The notes beneath the pieces are model-generated. The model was not told the origin of the DNA, made no database searches, and saw nothing but the letters and a program-made list of their open reading frames with translations. This document shows, one piece after another, positions 49,465 to 59,702 of a DNA stretch of 64,000 bases; within the stretch, counting starts at the first letter, position 1, and each line of letters begins with the position of its first letter. The position numbers and the translations under genes were made by a program. This DNA comes from Nitrosopumilus sp. (lineage in GTDB: Archaea; Thermoproteota; Nitrososphaeria; Nitrososphaerales; Nitrosopumilaceae). The stretch is from the NCBI GenBank assembly GCA_965197525.1, contig OZ240211.1, positions 992,001-1,056,000 on the forward strand, in the 5' to 3' direction.

Positions 49465-49995
49465 TTGGACTGGTTTGATATTGTGAATCTGAAAGATATA
49501 ATAAAAGAGTATCAAGATTTTCCAAAAAAAGGCATATTATTTAGAGATTTTAGTCCAGTGCTAAGAGACCCAACAGCACTATCATTTATTGCAGATGAAT
49601 TTACCAAGCATTTTGATCCAAAAGATGTAGATATGTTTGTAGGAGTCGAGTCACGTGGGTTTATTCTAGCATCGATTTTAGCCTCAAGGTACAACAAGGG
49701 CATGGTAATGATTAGAAAAGCAGGCAAGTTACCCGGAGAGACTGCAAAGATATCATATACCATAGAGTATGGAGAAGATACGATAGAGATTCAAAAAAAT
49801 ATAATCAGAGACGGGGAACGGATAGTCATATGCGACGATCTGCTTGCAACCGGCGGAACTGCAAAGGCTACTGCTGAACTAGTCGAAAAGGCAGGTGGAA
49901 GTATTTCAGGCTTGTTGTTCATAATCGAGCTGACAGAACTTGACGGAATCAAAAAAATTGACAACTATATTTGCAAATCATTGGTGAAATACTAG
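49465..49995 (+). CDS. apt: Adenine phosphoribosyltransferase
   Basis: [30 protein letters not shown]. Confidence 0.96.
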   Translation: MDWFDIVNLKDIIKEYQDFPKKGILFRDFSPVLRDPTALSFIADEFTKHFDPKDVDMFVGVESRGFILASILASRYNKGMVMIRKAGKLPGETAKISYTIEYGEDTIEIQKNIIRDGERIVICDDLLATGGTAKATAELVEKAGGSISGLLFIIELTELDGIKKIDNYICKSLVKY

Positions 49996-50786
49996 TGGAC
50001 AAAGACGTAGAGATTGGGATATTTGGCGGAACCGGAATCTATGATCCAGGCTTATTGGAAAATTCGCATGGGATAGACGTGGATACGCCTTTTGGAAAGC
50101 CCTCAGATACAATAACAGTTGGAACCTTTAACAAAAGAAAGATTGCATTTCTTCCAAGACATGGGAAGAACCATACCATTCCACCACATATGATTAATTT
50201 TAAAGCAAATATTTGGGCATTCAAAGAACTCGGAGTTACAAGAATTATAGCACCGTCAGCAGTAGGAAGCCTGAGAGAAGAGTTAGAACCAGGACATTTT
50301 GCACTGCCTACACAGTTCTTAGATTTTACAAAATCAAGGGATGGTTCGTTCTCAAAAGAAGGTCAAGTTATTCATATTTCAGTTGCAGATCCCTTTTGCC
50401 CAGAACTGCAGTCATCAGTACTAAAAGTAACCAAAGCCCAGGATATGAAGATGCATACGGATTGTATATATGTCTGCATTGAAGGTCCGCGGTTCTCAAC
50501 TAAAGCCGAATCAAAATTTTTCAGGCATCTAGACGCTGATATTATTGGAATGACGCTTGTACCAGAATGTCAGCTGGCAAGGGAGGCACAGATGTGCTAT
50601 GTATCCATCTCGACTGTTACAGATTATGACGTCTGGGCAGAAAAACCAGTGACTGCAAAAGAAGTCTTAGAGACACTCTCAAAGAATGTAAAGAAGACAA
50701 AACAGGTACTAGCACAGCTAATAGATGTAATTCCTGAGAGTAGAGGTTGTGCATGTTCTAGAGCTCTGGATGATGCAGAGTTCTAG
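49995..50786 (+). CDS. mtnP: S-methyl-5'-thioadenosine phosphorylase
   Basis: IFGGTG, FLPRHG, EGPRFST, GMT, VTDYD. Confidence 0.94.
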   Translation: MDKDVEIGIFGGTGIYDPGLLENSHGIDVDTPFGKPSDTITVGTFNKRKIAFLPRHGKNHTIPPHMINFKANIWAFKELGVTRIIAPSAVGSLREELEPGHFALPTQFLDFTKSRDGSFSKEGQVIHISVADPFCPELQSSVLKVTKAQDMKMHTDCIYVCIEGPRFSTKAESKFFRHLDADIIGMTLVPECQLAREAQMCYVSISTVTDYDVWAEKPVTAKEVLETLSKNVKKTKQVLAQLIDVIPESRGCACSRALDDAEF

Positions 50787-50802
50787 TTAGGTAGTCAGTC
50801 AG

Positions 50803-51090
50803 TTAGTCATCAACAAACGATTCTTTTTTCAATCCTTTTGGAAGAGTCAGGTCACCTTGCAGCAGTTTTTTCTGCAGCGACATGACAACATCATCAACAT
50901 CATAACCTAATTTTTTCAGTTCGTTTTGGGTGGTATCAGACAGTTTTGCGCCAACGTTCTGCCCTCCTATTCTTCCAAATGCAATAGCAGTAAAGCGAAA
51001 TTTGTGAACATCATCTACAGTAAAACTACCAGTAATCTTGGCTGCCATCTGGCTCCCGTGAACATTATTAATGTGAATTAGAATTTCCAT
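50803..51090 (-). CDS. Conserved hypothetical protein
   Basis: Clean ORF within an operon-like array. Confidence 0.7.
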   Translation of the reverse strand: MEILIHINNVHGSQMAAKITGSFTVDDVHKFRFTAIAFGRIGGQNVGAKLSDTTQNELKKLGYDVDDVVMSLQKKLLQGDLTLPKGLKKESFVDD

Positions 51091-51097
51091 ACCAAAG

Positions 51098-51535
51098 TTA
51101 GATCTCTACTGCTCGGTTGATATTATCATCGATTAAAAAGCTCCAGTGTGTGTCGTCCTTAATTTTAAAATTATCAACATTCAAAGAGAGTACTTTTTCA
51201 TCCAAGCATTCATGCTTGAGCTGTCCGTCTTGCTTTAGTTTTACCAGCTTCCACTTGTATTTGCTTTGTTGCAGTTTGCATACAGACACGGCCCATTTTG
51301 CATCAGGGTCTATCTTTGGCATTCCTACCAAATCTGCAATCTCTTCAATGCCTAGCTGTTTCTCCTCGCAGAATCGCTTTTTACAGACGCCGCACCGCCA
51401 CACATCAACTGAGCCGATGGTGCGTTCGTCAATGTTGATATTTACTACGCCATAGTAGACCGGCTGATGTTTACAAGTTTCAGTATCCAATGTTGTAAAA
51501 CCATCACTAGTATTATTTAGTCCTTGCATCATCAT
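51098..51535 (-). CDS. Hypothetical Cys-containing protein
   Basis: Clean ORF with CKH and CGVC motifs. Confidence 0.7.
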   Translation of the reverse strand: MMMQGLNNTSDGFTTLDTETCKHQPVYYGVVNINIDERTIGSVDVWRCGVCKKRFCEEKQLGIEEIADLVGMPKIDPDAKWAVSVCKLQQSKYKWKLVKLKQDGQLKHECLDEKVLSLNVDNFKIKDDTHWSFLIDDNINRAVEI

Positions 51536-51869
51536 AGGGTTTCTCCAAGATTACTCCGATGTTATCAACTATACTGTTACGTTTGAAAGTTATATTTCGG
51601 CGTACGCATACTCGTCTATACATGTTAACTGCAGTGAATCTAGGATGCATGGCCTCAAACTCAGTCTCTGAGATATCTATGAATGCGCCTAGTTCTACCA
51701 AGTCTTGTGAGGCTTTTTTGGCAGTATCGGCAGATATCTTTAATCTGTCTGCAATCATTTGAGGAGACATTTTTCCATGGCACGTAACTAACAGATACAC
51801 TTTGGCTTGTACAGGTTCTAGATGAACCTCACTGACTAGATCGTCCTCAACCCTTTGAAGTAAAGACAT
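51513..51869 (-). CDS. TrmB-like HTH protein
   Basis: QAKVYLLVTCHGKMSPQMIADRL HTH pattern. Confidence 0.7.
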   Translation of the reverse strand: MSLLQRVEDDLVSEVHLEPVQAKVYLLVTCHGKMSPQMIADRLKISADTAKKASQDLVELGAFIDISETEFEAMHPRFTAVNMYRRVCVRRNITFKRNSIVDNIGVILEKPYDDARTK

Positions 51870-51962
51870 ATCTTTGATGTGTTAGAACGCCATAAAACAT
51901 TTTACAAGAGGACAGAGCTATTTTTCACCGGTATTTTTGAGATTGGCAAAGAAGAATGCGGT

Positions 51963-52280
51963 TTATCCGCCTAACACCTTGGCATGCTCATATCCTTTTA
52001 GAATCCACTTCATAGCACTTGCTGTGGTGGTGATTTGTTTTGAGTCAATTTCAATCCATCCCATCTTGGCACCATGAGAAAATGGTTGGATTGCATTTGA
52101 CTTGACTGCAATCTCCTGTTGATCTTTAGGGAGTCTAACGATGATTTGCTGAGTATTCTTGTTGCTGAATCCAACAAAAAATTTCTTGTTTATTGAAAAA
52201 CATTGATAGCCAAACATGGGCCTAGTTGTCACATATTCCATAGATTCGACTTGTTTTTTGATTGGAACGTAACTATTCAT
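51963..52280 (-). CDS. TfoX N-terminal-like domain protein
   Basis: RPMFGYQCF..KFFVG pattern. Confidence 0.6.
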   Translation of the reverse strand: MNSYVPIKKQVESMEYVTTRPMFGYQCFSINKKFFVGFSNKNTQQIIVRLPKDQQEIAVKSNAIQPFSHGAKMGWIEIDSKQITTTASAMKWILKGYEHAKVLGG

Positions 52281-52493
52281 TTATGTCCTCTTGGTTTGTA
52301 AATAAAGCAGAGTATTATATCTATAGATACTAGCACGTTGTTGCAGACTCGTAGCATTTCATGTTAATGCTCAATCAAGGAGTAAAGAGGATAATAAAAA
52401 ATTGAGAATGTTCTAAAAATGAAACAACCAATATGTAATTACCAACAATAACAGCAACAGTAACAACAACAACAGCAATAATAACAGCAAATA

Positions 52494-52712
52494 TTATTTT
52501 TTCACTAGTATTTTTTTAGAGATCTTCAAAGAGAACCCCATGGCGATAAAATGAACAACTCCTCCCAAAATTATAGCATACCAAATATTATCAAGAATAC
52601 TCCAAGCAATAAGAAATGCAATGATGGATGGGATGGTAATAATAACTGCGATAACTGTTCCTCTTATGGCGATTTGACTTATTGAAAGTTTGGATGAGTC
52701 ACTCTCAGACAA
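52494..52712 (-). CDS. Small two-TM membrane protein
   Basis: Two hydrophobic helices. Confidence 0.7.
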   Translation of the reverse strand: MSESDSSKLSISQIAIRGTVIAVIITIPSIIAFLIAWSILDNIWYAIILGGVVHFIAMGFSLKISKKILVKK

Positions 52713-52760
52713 CAGCGAGAAATATCAAAAACGATAATAAAAATCAAAGATACTTTATAT

Positions 52761-53243
52761 TTGGCAGACGTTGATTTTTACTGTTTGGCAAGTTACAAGG
52801 GTACATATTCAAATGAACAGTCGTTAAATTTGGTAATACCTATTATCATAATCCTGTTTTTGGGGCTGATTTACATGATGACACAGAGGGCAGATTCAGG
52901 ATTTGCGAGTTTTATACTAATTGGTGCAGCAGCCCTTACAATGTTTTACTGGGCTAGAGTATTAAAAAAGATAGCAAAGGACAACAAACCACTGTACACC
53001 CAAGCAAGAGAACAAGAGACAAAAAATTGGGTTTATGACCTGATTAAAGGAGAGGCAGAGTTTGTATTTGTAGCCGAAGTTCCAGGACCTGAAGATAAGA
53101 TTGCAGTTAGGTTGGTAGACGGAATTTTGTACATACGCGGGACATACGGATTTGCAAAAGAGATTCCAATAGAAGGTGCCAAAGACATGCAGATATATGA
53201 CTTTAAGTATAGAAACGGCGTGTTGACACTACGCATAAAATAA
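52761..53243 (+). CDS. Hsp20/alpha-crystallin domain protein with TM helices
   Basis: VAEVPG and YRNGVLTLRI alpha-crystallin motifs. Confidence 0.8.
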   Translation: MADVDFYCLASYKGTYSNEQSLNLVIPIIIILFLGLIYMMTQRADSGFASFILIGAAALTMFYWARVLKKIAKDNKPLYTQAREQETKNWVYDLIKGEAEFVFVAEVPGPEDKIAVRLVDGILYIRGTYGFAKEIPIEGAKDMQIYDFKYRNGVLTLRIK

Positions 53244-53268
53244 TAAAGACAAAAATAAAAATAAAAAA

Positions 53269-54378
53269 CTAGAGACTTTTTGCCAATTCTAATTTTTGGG
53301 GCAGGTATTTATCAGTGATATTAGTAAGGCCGTACTTTGAGAAAGCCTCCAACTCTGCTTTTCTCTTTAATCGTAAAAATACATCTAGTTCTTTTTTCCA
53401 TATTCCGTCTTGGTATCGTGGATCTTTTTGAAGATCATAACATCGCTTTATGTCAGATTCAGTCATTGGTATGGTAGGGAGTTTATATTTTTCAATGTCA
53501 GTTGCCCATACACCCACCCACTTTGCATCAGGTACTGTCAACTCTCGTAGATGGGCAGCATTGGCAGATCCAGATTTTATAACCATGGCAATATGTTCTC
53601 CATACACATCACCGTCAGTCAATACAATTACAGGCAAGTTCATCTCGTCGTGTAGTCGTTTGAGCAGAGTTCTAGTTGAGCGAGGTGCTTGCCCTCCTGT
53701 GTTAATTATAATTGATTTGAATTTTTTATCGACTTGTTCTTCAACGAATCTAGTAAATAGACCGCCTTTCTCTATTGCAATAACTATTTCTGCACTGGTA
53801 TCAACTAATTCGGCAGTAGTCAAGCTAGGACCAATAGAGTATCCATCAGGATGGTTGGACAGATTCATGCGTTTGCCCTCGTACCCTGGAATAGTATACT
53901 CTATGTTTAGATCACCGAAAATTGAGCTTCGTTCTTCAGGAAATATGTGAAAATCTTCTCGAGGCTTAGATGTTACAGCCTCCAAATCTACAATAATGTT
54001 GTCTGACTCTGATTGGTCATCAAACTCAATTGCAAATGCTTGTGAAGAGTAATAGACGTCTCGTAGAGTAGACGACTTTTTTTCATGTGTGAGCCTATTT
54101 GCAAAGAATGCAAGCCACATCAGCTGTGTAAATGAGCGTAATTGGGCAGAGTTTCTCGAACTTCTCAGAGCAGTATTGTCGCCTAGAATGTACTGTCTGA
54201 GTGATTTATCATAAACGATGTTACCTACTGATCTGCTAGGTATTGAAAATTTGGGAAACTGTCCATTATCTAAATCCTCATATATTTTTGCGCCGTGACT
54301 CTTTAACATATTAAGAATATTCTTTTGCTTCTCTTCTGCTTTTTTACGGCGTTCTTTTGACTTTTTACTTCCGTTCAA
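53269..54378 (-). CDS. top6A: DNA topoisomerase VI subunit A
   Basis: TLRDVYY, IEKGG, TDGDVYG, KAELEA. Confidence 0.96.
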   Translation of the reverse strand: MNGSKKSKERRKKAEEKQKNILNMLKSHGAKIYEDLDNGQFPKFSIPSRSVGNIVYDKSLRQYILGDNTALRSSRNSAQLRSFTQLMWLAFFANRLTHEKKSSTLRDVYYSSQAFAIEFDDQSESDNIIVDLEAVTSKPREDFHIFPEERSSIFGDLNIEYTIPGYEGKRMNLSNHPDGYSIGPSLTTAELVDTSAEIVIAIEKGGLFTRFVEEQVDKKFKSIIINTGGQAPRSTRTLLKRLHDEMNLPVIVLTDGDVYGEHIAMVIKSGSANAAHLRELTVPDAKWVGVWATDIEKYKLPTIPMTESDIKRCYDLQKDPRYQDGIWKKELDVFLRLKRKAELEAFSKYGLTNITDKYLPQKLELAKSL

Positions 54379-56500
54379 CGTTGGTTTGCTCCTTTTTTAC
54401 TGGGATTAATGTGGTTTGTAATGTTTTGGCAGGTTTCTTTGTTTTGGACTGTTTGGATTTGCTTGATTTTGATGATTTTTGGTGTTTTACAGTGTTGGAT
54501 GTTTGTGGTGTTGCTGTTTTAGGTGTTGCTGTTTTAGGTGTTGCTGTTTTAGGTGTTGCTGTTTTAGGTGTTGCTGTTTTAGGTGTTGCTGTTTCAGATG
54601 CTGTTGTTTCAGATGTTGCTACTACTGCCGCTATTGTTTTTGTCGGCGTCACAGATTGTTGTTTCATTAGCGTGTCTGCGTTTTGAACTTGTAATATTTT
54701 TTGATAATCAGGTTCTTTTTTCTTACCTGCAAGCTCAGTACAAAACTCTGCAATTAATGGAATGTATTTTGCGTAAAGATTAGCTCTCTTTTTTGCCATA
54801 TCAGCTTGGCCTCTCTTTGACATGTATGCTGCTAATTTTCTTGAAAGGAATTGGAGACCTAGTCTTAACTCTCGTTCTATCTCTGGTCTGTCAGCAACGT
54901 TCTCTTTACCTGCAGTCTTGTACGGAATACGCGTAGAGCAAATATGAGATACGATAATGAACGGAGGTTCACCTTTTACTTTGTATCTGCCCCAGTCAGT
55001 ATCGTGAACTACCTTTAGCACTACATCACTGCCCTCATCATATAATAAAGGAATCCTATTGGCATATCTGTACACATGTGGGCCGCCAGATTTAATATCG
55101 CCACCGTATGCAATACCCATCTCCACTATAAATGGAAATCCGGAATAAGCAGATGCAGGACGTTGCACTACAGCTGCAAAATCAGGATTAAAGAACTTTT
55201 TTATCCCTTTCTCCAAAGGTGTCTCACCTAAAGGAGCAAGACAACTGTGATCAGGTGCTAGAAAATCTTCAAATTTTTGGAGCGAATCACTAAGATTGAC
55301 TAGCTCTTGATTAGTCATAGTGCCCATTCGTTTTTCAGGCTTGAATCCGGTAAATTCAGCAAATCGTAGCGCAGTTGTAGGACCTACGCGCTGAAACCTC
55401 TTTGTCAGAAACGTGGTAAGGGATTCGCCTTGGACAGTATTGGTTAGCTGCTTAAAGTACGTACTTTGGTGGTCAAGTTCTATTGATTTTGATTGAGAGT
55501 CACCAAAATCCCAATAAGATAGCGTTTTATTTTTCATGTCGATGTCCTCAATTGCGATTTTACGTAGTTTATCAAAATTCATCTTTAGGAATGACATCAA
55601 AGATATAACAACACGAACCTGACGAGGGAGGTTCTTCCATCTCTTACTTGCTTTGGCCATTATTGCTGTAAACCCAAGATTCTTGGCAGACAGTCCCAAA
55701 TCTTTTCTGACTTTTTCTATCATTGCATCATCAATAGTTGGAATCTCAAACTGCGATTCTACGATCATTCGTCGTATTCTCTCAACATCTATACCGTGTG
55801 GATGAGGTTTGATTATTGTAGGAGGAGGAGGGATGTCTTTGACAAATCTCGGATGACTGAATCTCTGTCCTTTGGGATCATCGAAAGTTATAGAGGCATA
55901 AGGGGTAATCAGAGAGGTCTCATAGACATAGTCACGTATCTTGTTACCGGCCTTTGAATAGTCGCCCTCAAGATATATGCTGACAGAGAGTCCTGGCTTG
56001 GTAGCTTTTTTGGTGATATGTTTTTGAATGATGGGCTTGTTTTTTTGAATATCAAGTAATAACTCAAACTCGTCTTGTGTCTTTCCGTCAACAGAACTTT
56101 TTACAGTGACCGGTTTGTTGGTGGTAATCTGTCCATACAGTATAGCCATGGTAGCCCCCAATCCAAACATGCCCCTTGCTTGTTTGAGGCCAAACTTTGA
56201 TCCGTATAACACGGTGCCAAATGCAAGTGGAATGTGTCCTGCATCTACACCTGGACCGTTATCTTTTACAGTCAAGATATAGGTTCTGGGATCAGGTTTT
56301 TCAGGATTGACAGCTTTGATTGTAAGATGTACATCAGGCAGAATGCCTTTTTGATCACAAGCGTCTAGCGCGTTCTCTACAAACTCTCTTACTGCTGTGT
56401 ATAAAGATCGTGTAGGATTGCTAAATCCGGCAAGATCACGATTACTATAAAAGAATTCACTTGGAGAGATTTGGTTAAACTTTTCTTTAATGGAGGACAT
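54365..56500 (-). CDS. top6B: DNA topoisomerase VI subunit B with low-complexity C-terminal tail
   Basis: EFVENALDA, DNGPG, LYGSKF, RGMFGLG, YANRIPL. Confidence 0.96.
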   Translation of the reverse strand: MSSIKEKFNQISPSEFFYSNRDLAGFSNPTRSLYTAVREFVENALDACDQKGILPDVHLTIKAVNPEKPDPRTYILTVKDNGPGVDAGHIPLAFGTVLYGSKFGLKQARGMFGLGATMAILYGQITTNKPVTVKSSVDGKTQDEFELLLDIQKNKPIIQKHITKKATKPGLSVSIYLEGDYSKAGNKIRDYVYETSLITPYASITFDDPKGQRFSHPRFVKDIPPPPTIIKPHPHGIDVERIRRMIVESQFEIPTIDDAMIEKVRKDLGLSAKNLGFTAIMAKASKRWKNLPRQVRVVISLMSFLKMNFDKLRKIAIEDIDMKNKTLSYWDFGDSQSKSIELDHQSTYFKQLTNTVQGESLTTFLTKRFQRVGPTTALRFAEFTGFKPEKRMGTMTNQELVNLSDSLQKFEDFLAPDHSCLAPLGETPLEKGIKKFFNPDFAAVVQRPASAYSGFPFIVEMGIAYGGDIKSGGPHVYRYANRIPLLYDEGSDVVLKVVHDTDWGRYKVKGEPPFIIVSHICSTRIPYKTAGKENVADRPEIERELRLGLQFLSRKLAAYMSKRGQADMAKKRANLYAKYIPLIAEFCTELAGKKKEPDYQKILQVQNADTLMKQQSVTPTKTIAAVVATSETTASETATPKTATPKTATPKTATPKTATPKTATPQTSNTVKHQKSSKSSKSKQSKTKKPAKTLQTTLIPVKKEQTNVERK
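54507..54611 (-). repeat. In-frame 15-bp tandem repeat (KTATP)n in top6B
   Basis: GGTGTTGCTGTTTTA x5 perfect plus 2 degenerate units. Confidence 0.95.
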
Positions 56501-57059
56501 CTTGATCCTCCCACAATTGCATCCGTCCTATCTTGTCTCTTCTGTTTGCAGCCTCCAGTTTGGTATATACCGGGCCGTGCATGCTGCCATGAGATATAGA
56601 GGATATGGCATCAGCTACCAGTCGTAATTTATTGGCATTGCCAATGATTGATACAGTCTTTCCATAAACGGAAATATGTGTACGGCTAAGATTTTCAATA
56701 TTTTGTCTAGAACGCCCCCCTTCGCCAATAATCCTCCCCTTTATTCTCTCTACATTAGCACTAGACTTTCCAGCAAACTCTCGCAGATCTATAACGTGTA
56801 ACGTGTTATCACCTTGCAGCAGAGTCATAGCATTCTGAGGTGAGAATCCTCTCCCTATAGCAGTAACGATCTCGACTGCTTTGAATGGTTGGGTCTCTTG
56901 TATGTCACCCTTTGACCTGACGTAGATCTCACCTGTACTGCCATCGATATCCAAGGTAACATAACACTTGGACTCTATATCCGATTTGACGTTTCCTGAC
57001 TTGCCAATCAGAGCACCAATTCTGTCACCAGGTATTCGAATTAATTTCTCAAAGCTCAT
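56487..57059 (-). CDS. KH-domain RNA-processing protein (Dim2/Pno1-like)
   Basis: IGALIGKSG, RIKGRIIGEGG. Confidence 0.92.
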   Translation of the reverse strand: MSFEKLIRIPGDRIGALIGKSGNVKSDIESKCYVTLDIDGSTGEIYVRSKGDIQETQPFKAVEIVTAIGRGFSPQNAMTLLQGDNTLHVIDLREFAGKSSANVERIKGRIIGEGGRSRQNIENLSRTHISVYGKTVSIIGNANKLRLVADAISSISHGSMHGPVYTKLEAANRRDKIGRMQLWEDQDVLH

Positions 57060-57841
57060 TTTATTATATCCTCATATATCGCATCATTTGTATCATTAAT
57101 AGAAACTGCCCTTTTTTTAAAGAATCTCACAATATTACGAACGTCTCTTTTAAGAAACTCCAAAGCGTTTGGATGCCTGATATCAACCCCTGAGGCTAGA
57201 TCAAATACAACCAAACCGTTATCAGTCTTGAAGATATTGTACTCAGAGAAATCACCATGTACTAATTTTGCTTTGTGGTATAGATCGTGTAAAAGCGATA
57301 TAGCCTGTCTGTAGTCATCATCATCTACTTGCGAATGCAACAAAGATTTGCAAGGAACGCCTGTGCTGCTGCCTACAAACTCCATAGCAAGAACGTTATT
57401 TTTAAGATGCAGTGGCTGTGGAACTGGAATGCCGGCACTGTAGCATTGAGACAAGTTACGAAACTCTTTTCTTGCCCACAAATAAACTAAATTTTTAGTG
57501 CCTTTTCTGAGATGAGAAAATCTTGGGTCTCCTGTGATGTATCCCTCACGTTTTTTAAAGTTAGAGGTAGACACCAGATAAATTTTCAAAGCAACATTGG
57601 TATCATCGTCTGCGACGCCCCAAAAAAGAAGAGATTCTTTTCCGGCACTAACTGCACCATTAACATATGCAATAACGTGATCGTTTATCATTTTGTACAA
57701 AGTCATGACAGTTGGCTTGTCTAAAACCTCGTTGACGACTTTGCCTTTTTTAAAACCATCGTCTAACCGTTTTCGTTTTGCTTTTGAAATCAGTTTGTTA
57801 TCTAGCTTTGATTCTAGTTTTTTACTAATGGTGTCAGTCAT
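57056..57841 (-). CDS. rio1: RIO1 family Ser/Thr kinase
   Basis: SAGKES, EFRNL, LVHGDFSEYNI. Confidence 0.94.
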   Translation of the reverse strand: MTDTISKKLESKLDNKLISKAKRKRLDDGFKKGKVVNEVLDKPTVMTLYKMINDHVIAYVNGAVSAGKESLLFWGVADDDTNVALKIYLVSTSNFKKREGYITGDPRFSHLRKGTKNLVYLWARKEFRNLSQCYSAGIPVPQPLHLKNNVLAMEFVGSSTGVPCKSLLHSQVDDDDYRQAISLLHDLYHKAKLVHGDFSEYNIFKTDNGLVVFDLASGVDIRHPNALEFLKRDVRNIVRFFKKRAVSINDTNDAIYEDIIK

Positions 57842-57925
57842 ACAAGATATTCATCGGTAGTATCTAAAATAGATTTGTATACGGCGTAATAAACAATACA
57901 TCTATAATAAAAGATCAGAATACAC

Positions 57926-58222
57926 TCATGTATTAAAAACGATGAGAAACGGAACGTTAGAGATTAACTTGACTGCGTCTTTTGAACCAATTCCTAGTTT
58001 GAGGGACAGATCAACAGTACGTTTTCCAGCCATATTGATAATCGCGGAATTTTTTAGCAAGGCTTCGGCTTGATCTTGCTCTACGAATGTTCCGCCATAG
58101 TATGATTCACTAATATGCATGGTTAAATCGTCTTGGGTAACCTTTTTTCCCAGCAGATCAGCGTCACATATGTTAAGCATCACAGTCTGCTGATAGTCTG
58201 TAACTTTGACTGAGAATAACAT
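57926..58222 (-). CDS. DUF424 family protein
   Basis: ICDADLLGK, SESYYGG, INMAG. Confidence 0.85.
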   Translation of the reverse strand: MLFSVKVTDYQQTVMLNICDADLLGKKVTQDDLTMHISESYYGGTFVEQDQAEALLKNSAIINMAGKRTVDLSLKLGIGSKDAVKLISNVPFLIVFNT

Positions 58223-58644
58223 TATGCATATTTGCCCTTTAGAGTGGATTTTGCACCGCAAGCCTCACAGATTAGAAAGGATATTCGGTGTTCTTTGAGA
58301 ATTTTAGTGTCGGGGCTCTTGCATGTGGGGCATTCAAGGTAATCTTTGACATAGATTTGGAACAGTCTTGTAAAGTCATCAGGGGCACGCCTGCCAACAA
58401 ACATGGCCTTCTCGCCTAGACGCTCTGCTGGAACTGCGAACTCTTTTGAGAGATACTGGAGAACTTTGTCAGGATCACGCCTGAGCACTTTGGGAAAGTC
58501 TGAAAAGTTTCTCAAAAAAGTCTTTTGGCCCTCCCACATTACATCAACAACTGGGAGCTCAAATCTAGTTTGAGATTCTTTATTGGTATCGCCCAAGTTT
58601 TTTTGAATTCGTTTAAGTAAATTCTCGTATTCTGCTTTTGTCAT
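58222..58644 (-). CDS. eif2b: Translation initiation factor 2 subunit beta
   Basis: YENLLKR, LRRDP, CPTCKSPDT..CEACGA. Confidence 0.95.
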   Translation of the reverse strand: MTKAEYENLLKRIQKNLGDTNKESQTRFELPVVDVMWEGQKTFLRNFSDFPKVLRRDPDKVLQYLSKEFAVPAERLGEKAMFVGRRAPDDFTRLFQIYVKDYLECPTCKSPDTKILKEHRISFLICEACGAKSTLKGKYA

Positions 58645-58705
58645 TAAAAGATAGTGTATGGTATACCCTATATGGGTTTTGAAAAATAGAGAATGTGGAA
58701 ATGTT

Positions 58706-58858
58706 CTAACTTTCCTGCTTTTTCATAATTCGGTTAACTCTAGTTCCACAAACAGAGCATGTACCTTTCATTGCAGGACGTCCGTTCTTGAATGTAGTCT
58801 CAACAGGATCTTTGATATCAGTTTTTGCTCTACATTTTACACAATAGGCTTGAACCAT
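58706..58858 (-). CDS. Small Zn-finger protein, DUF5679-like (50 aa; absent from ORF track)
   Basis: Own translation: MVQAYCVKCRAKTDIKDPVETTFKNGRPAMKGTCSVCGTRVNRIMKKQES. Confidence 0.8.
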   Translation of the reverse strand: MVQAYCVKCRAKTDIKDPVETTFKNGRPAMKGTCSVCGTRVNRIMKKQES

Positions 58859-59102
58859 TATGGAGTTTCTTGAAAAGGGTATTATATAGAAACATATTAA
58901 AAATTAATTAGCTATATGCTAAATATACGTAAATGTTTTTTAGCGTTACAAAGATAAAATATAATAAGAAGTTCCGAAAACAGACGCCTTTTTGAATGAT
59001 TATTAGAAAATGTATAGAGTATGTGGTTTTTTCTGATAATTGCTTAATAAAGTATAATTTTTGTGTCAGCAATTATAAACTACTCTGTAGTAAATAAACA
59101 AA

Positions 59103-59609
59103 ATGGCATCAAAGAAGGGAATAATAGTAACGGTAATAATTTTAGCAGCCATTACTGGTGCAAGTTTTTCGTTATGGTTTATCCCACAGGATGTAGAGAC
59201 AACATTTGTTGTCTCAGACTATGAGGGCTATTTGGATGGAGTAAAAAACATTCACGAGGTTTTAATCGAAGCAACTGACATAGAATATCAAAAGCTACGT
59301 CAAGGAGATATCGCCCCACAAGAGTATATCGCATCAACCCAAATAACAACCACGCAAGTGACTGCACAGATAAGTGAATTTGTAACATCAAAGCCATCAG
59401 AAGCATGGCAAGAGAGCTACATCAGTTACATGGAGGGTATGCGAAAGTTCAACGAGTATGTCGGGGAGACCATAGTACTAGCAAACTTGATTGAAGGACA
59501 GGGGGGGACACAGGAAGATATTGAGGAGACTATCAAAAGGATAGAATCGCTAAAAACAGAATCAATAGAGCTGACTCAGCGCTCTGATCTATTAAGACCC
59601 ATACCATGA
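59103..59609 (+). CDS. Hypothetical membrane-anchored helical protein
   Basis: N-terminal TM helix; clean ORF. Confidence 0.75.
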   Translation: MASKKGIIVTVIILAAITGASFSLWFIPQDVETTFVVSDYEGYLDGVKNIHEVLIEATDIEYQKLRQGDIAPQEYIASTQITTTQVTAQISEFVTSKPSEAWQESYISYMEGMRKFNEYVGETIVLANLIEGQGGTQEDIEETIKRIESLKTESIELTQRSDLLRPIP

Positions 59610-59702
59610 TGAATGACTGCCGGTGGTGGTAGCCTCAAAACCGAGATTTACTAATCAGAATTGTTGGAAACCATTAAAAAGTAATTTCGGCATATAGACA
59701 TA

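Noticed and set aside
59604-59650. Possible C/D-box sRNA (ATGATGA ... CCGA) or tRNA fragment
   Set aside because: No convincing D'/C' boxes, no identified rRNA target and no cloverleaf.
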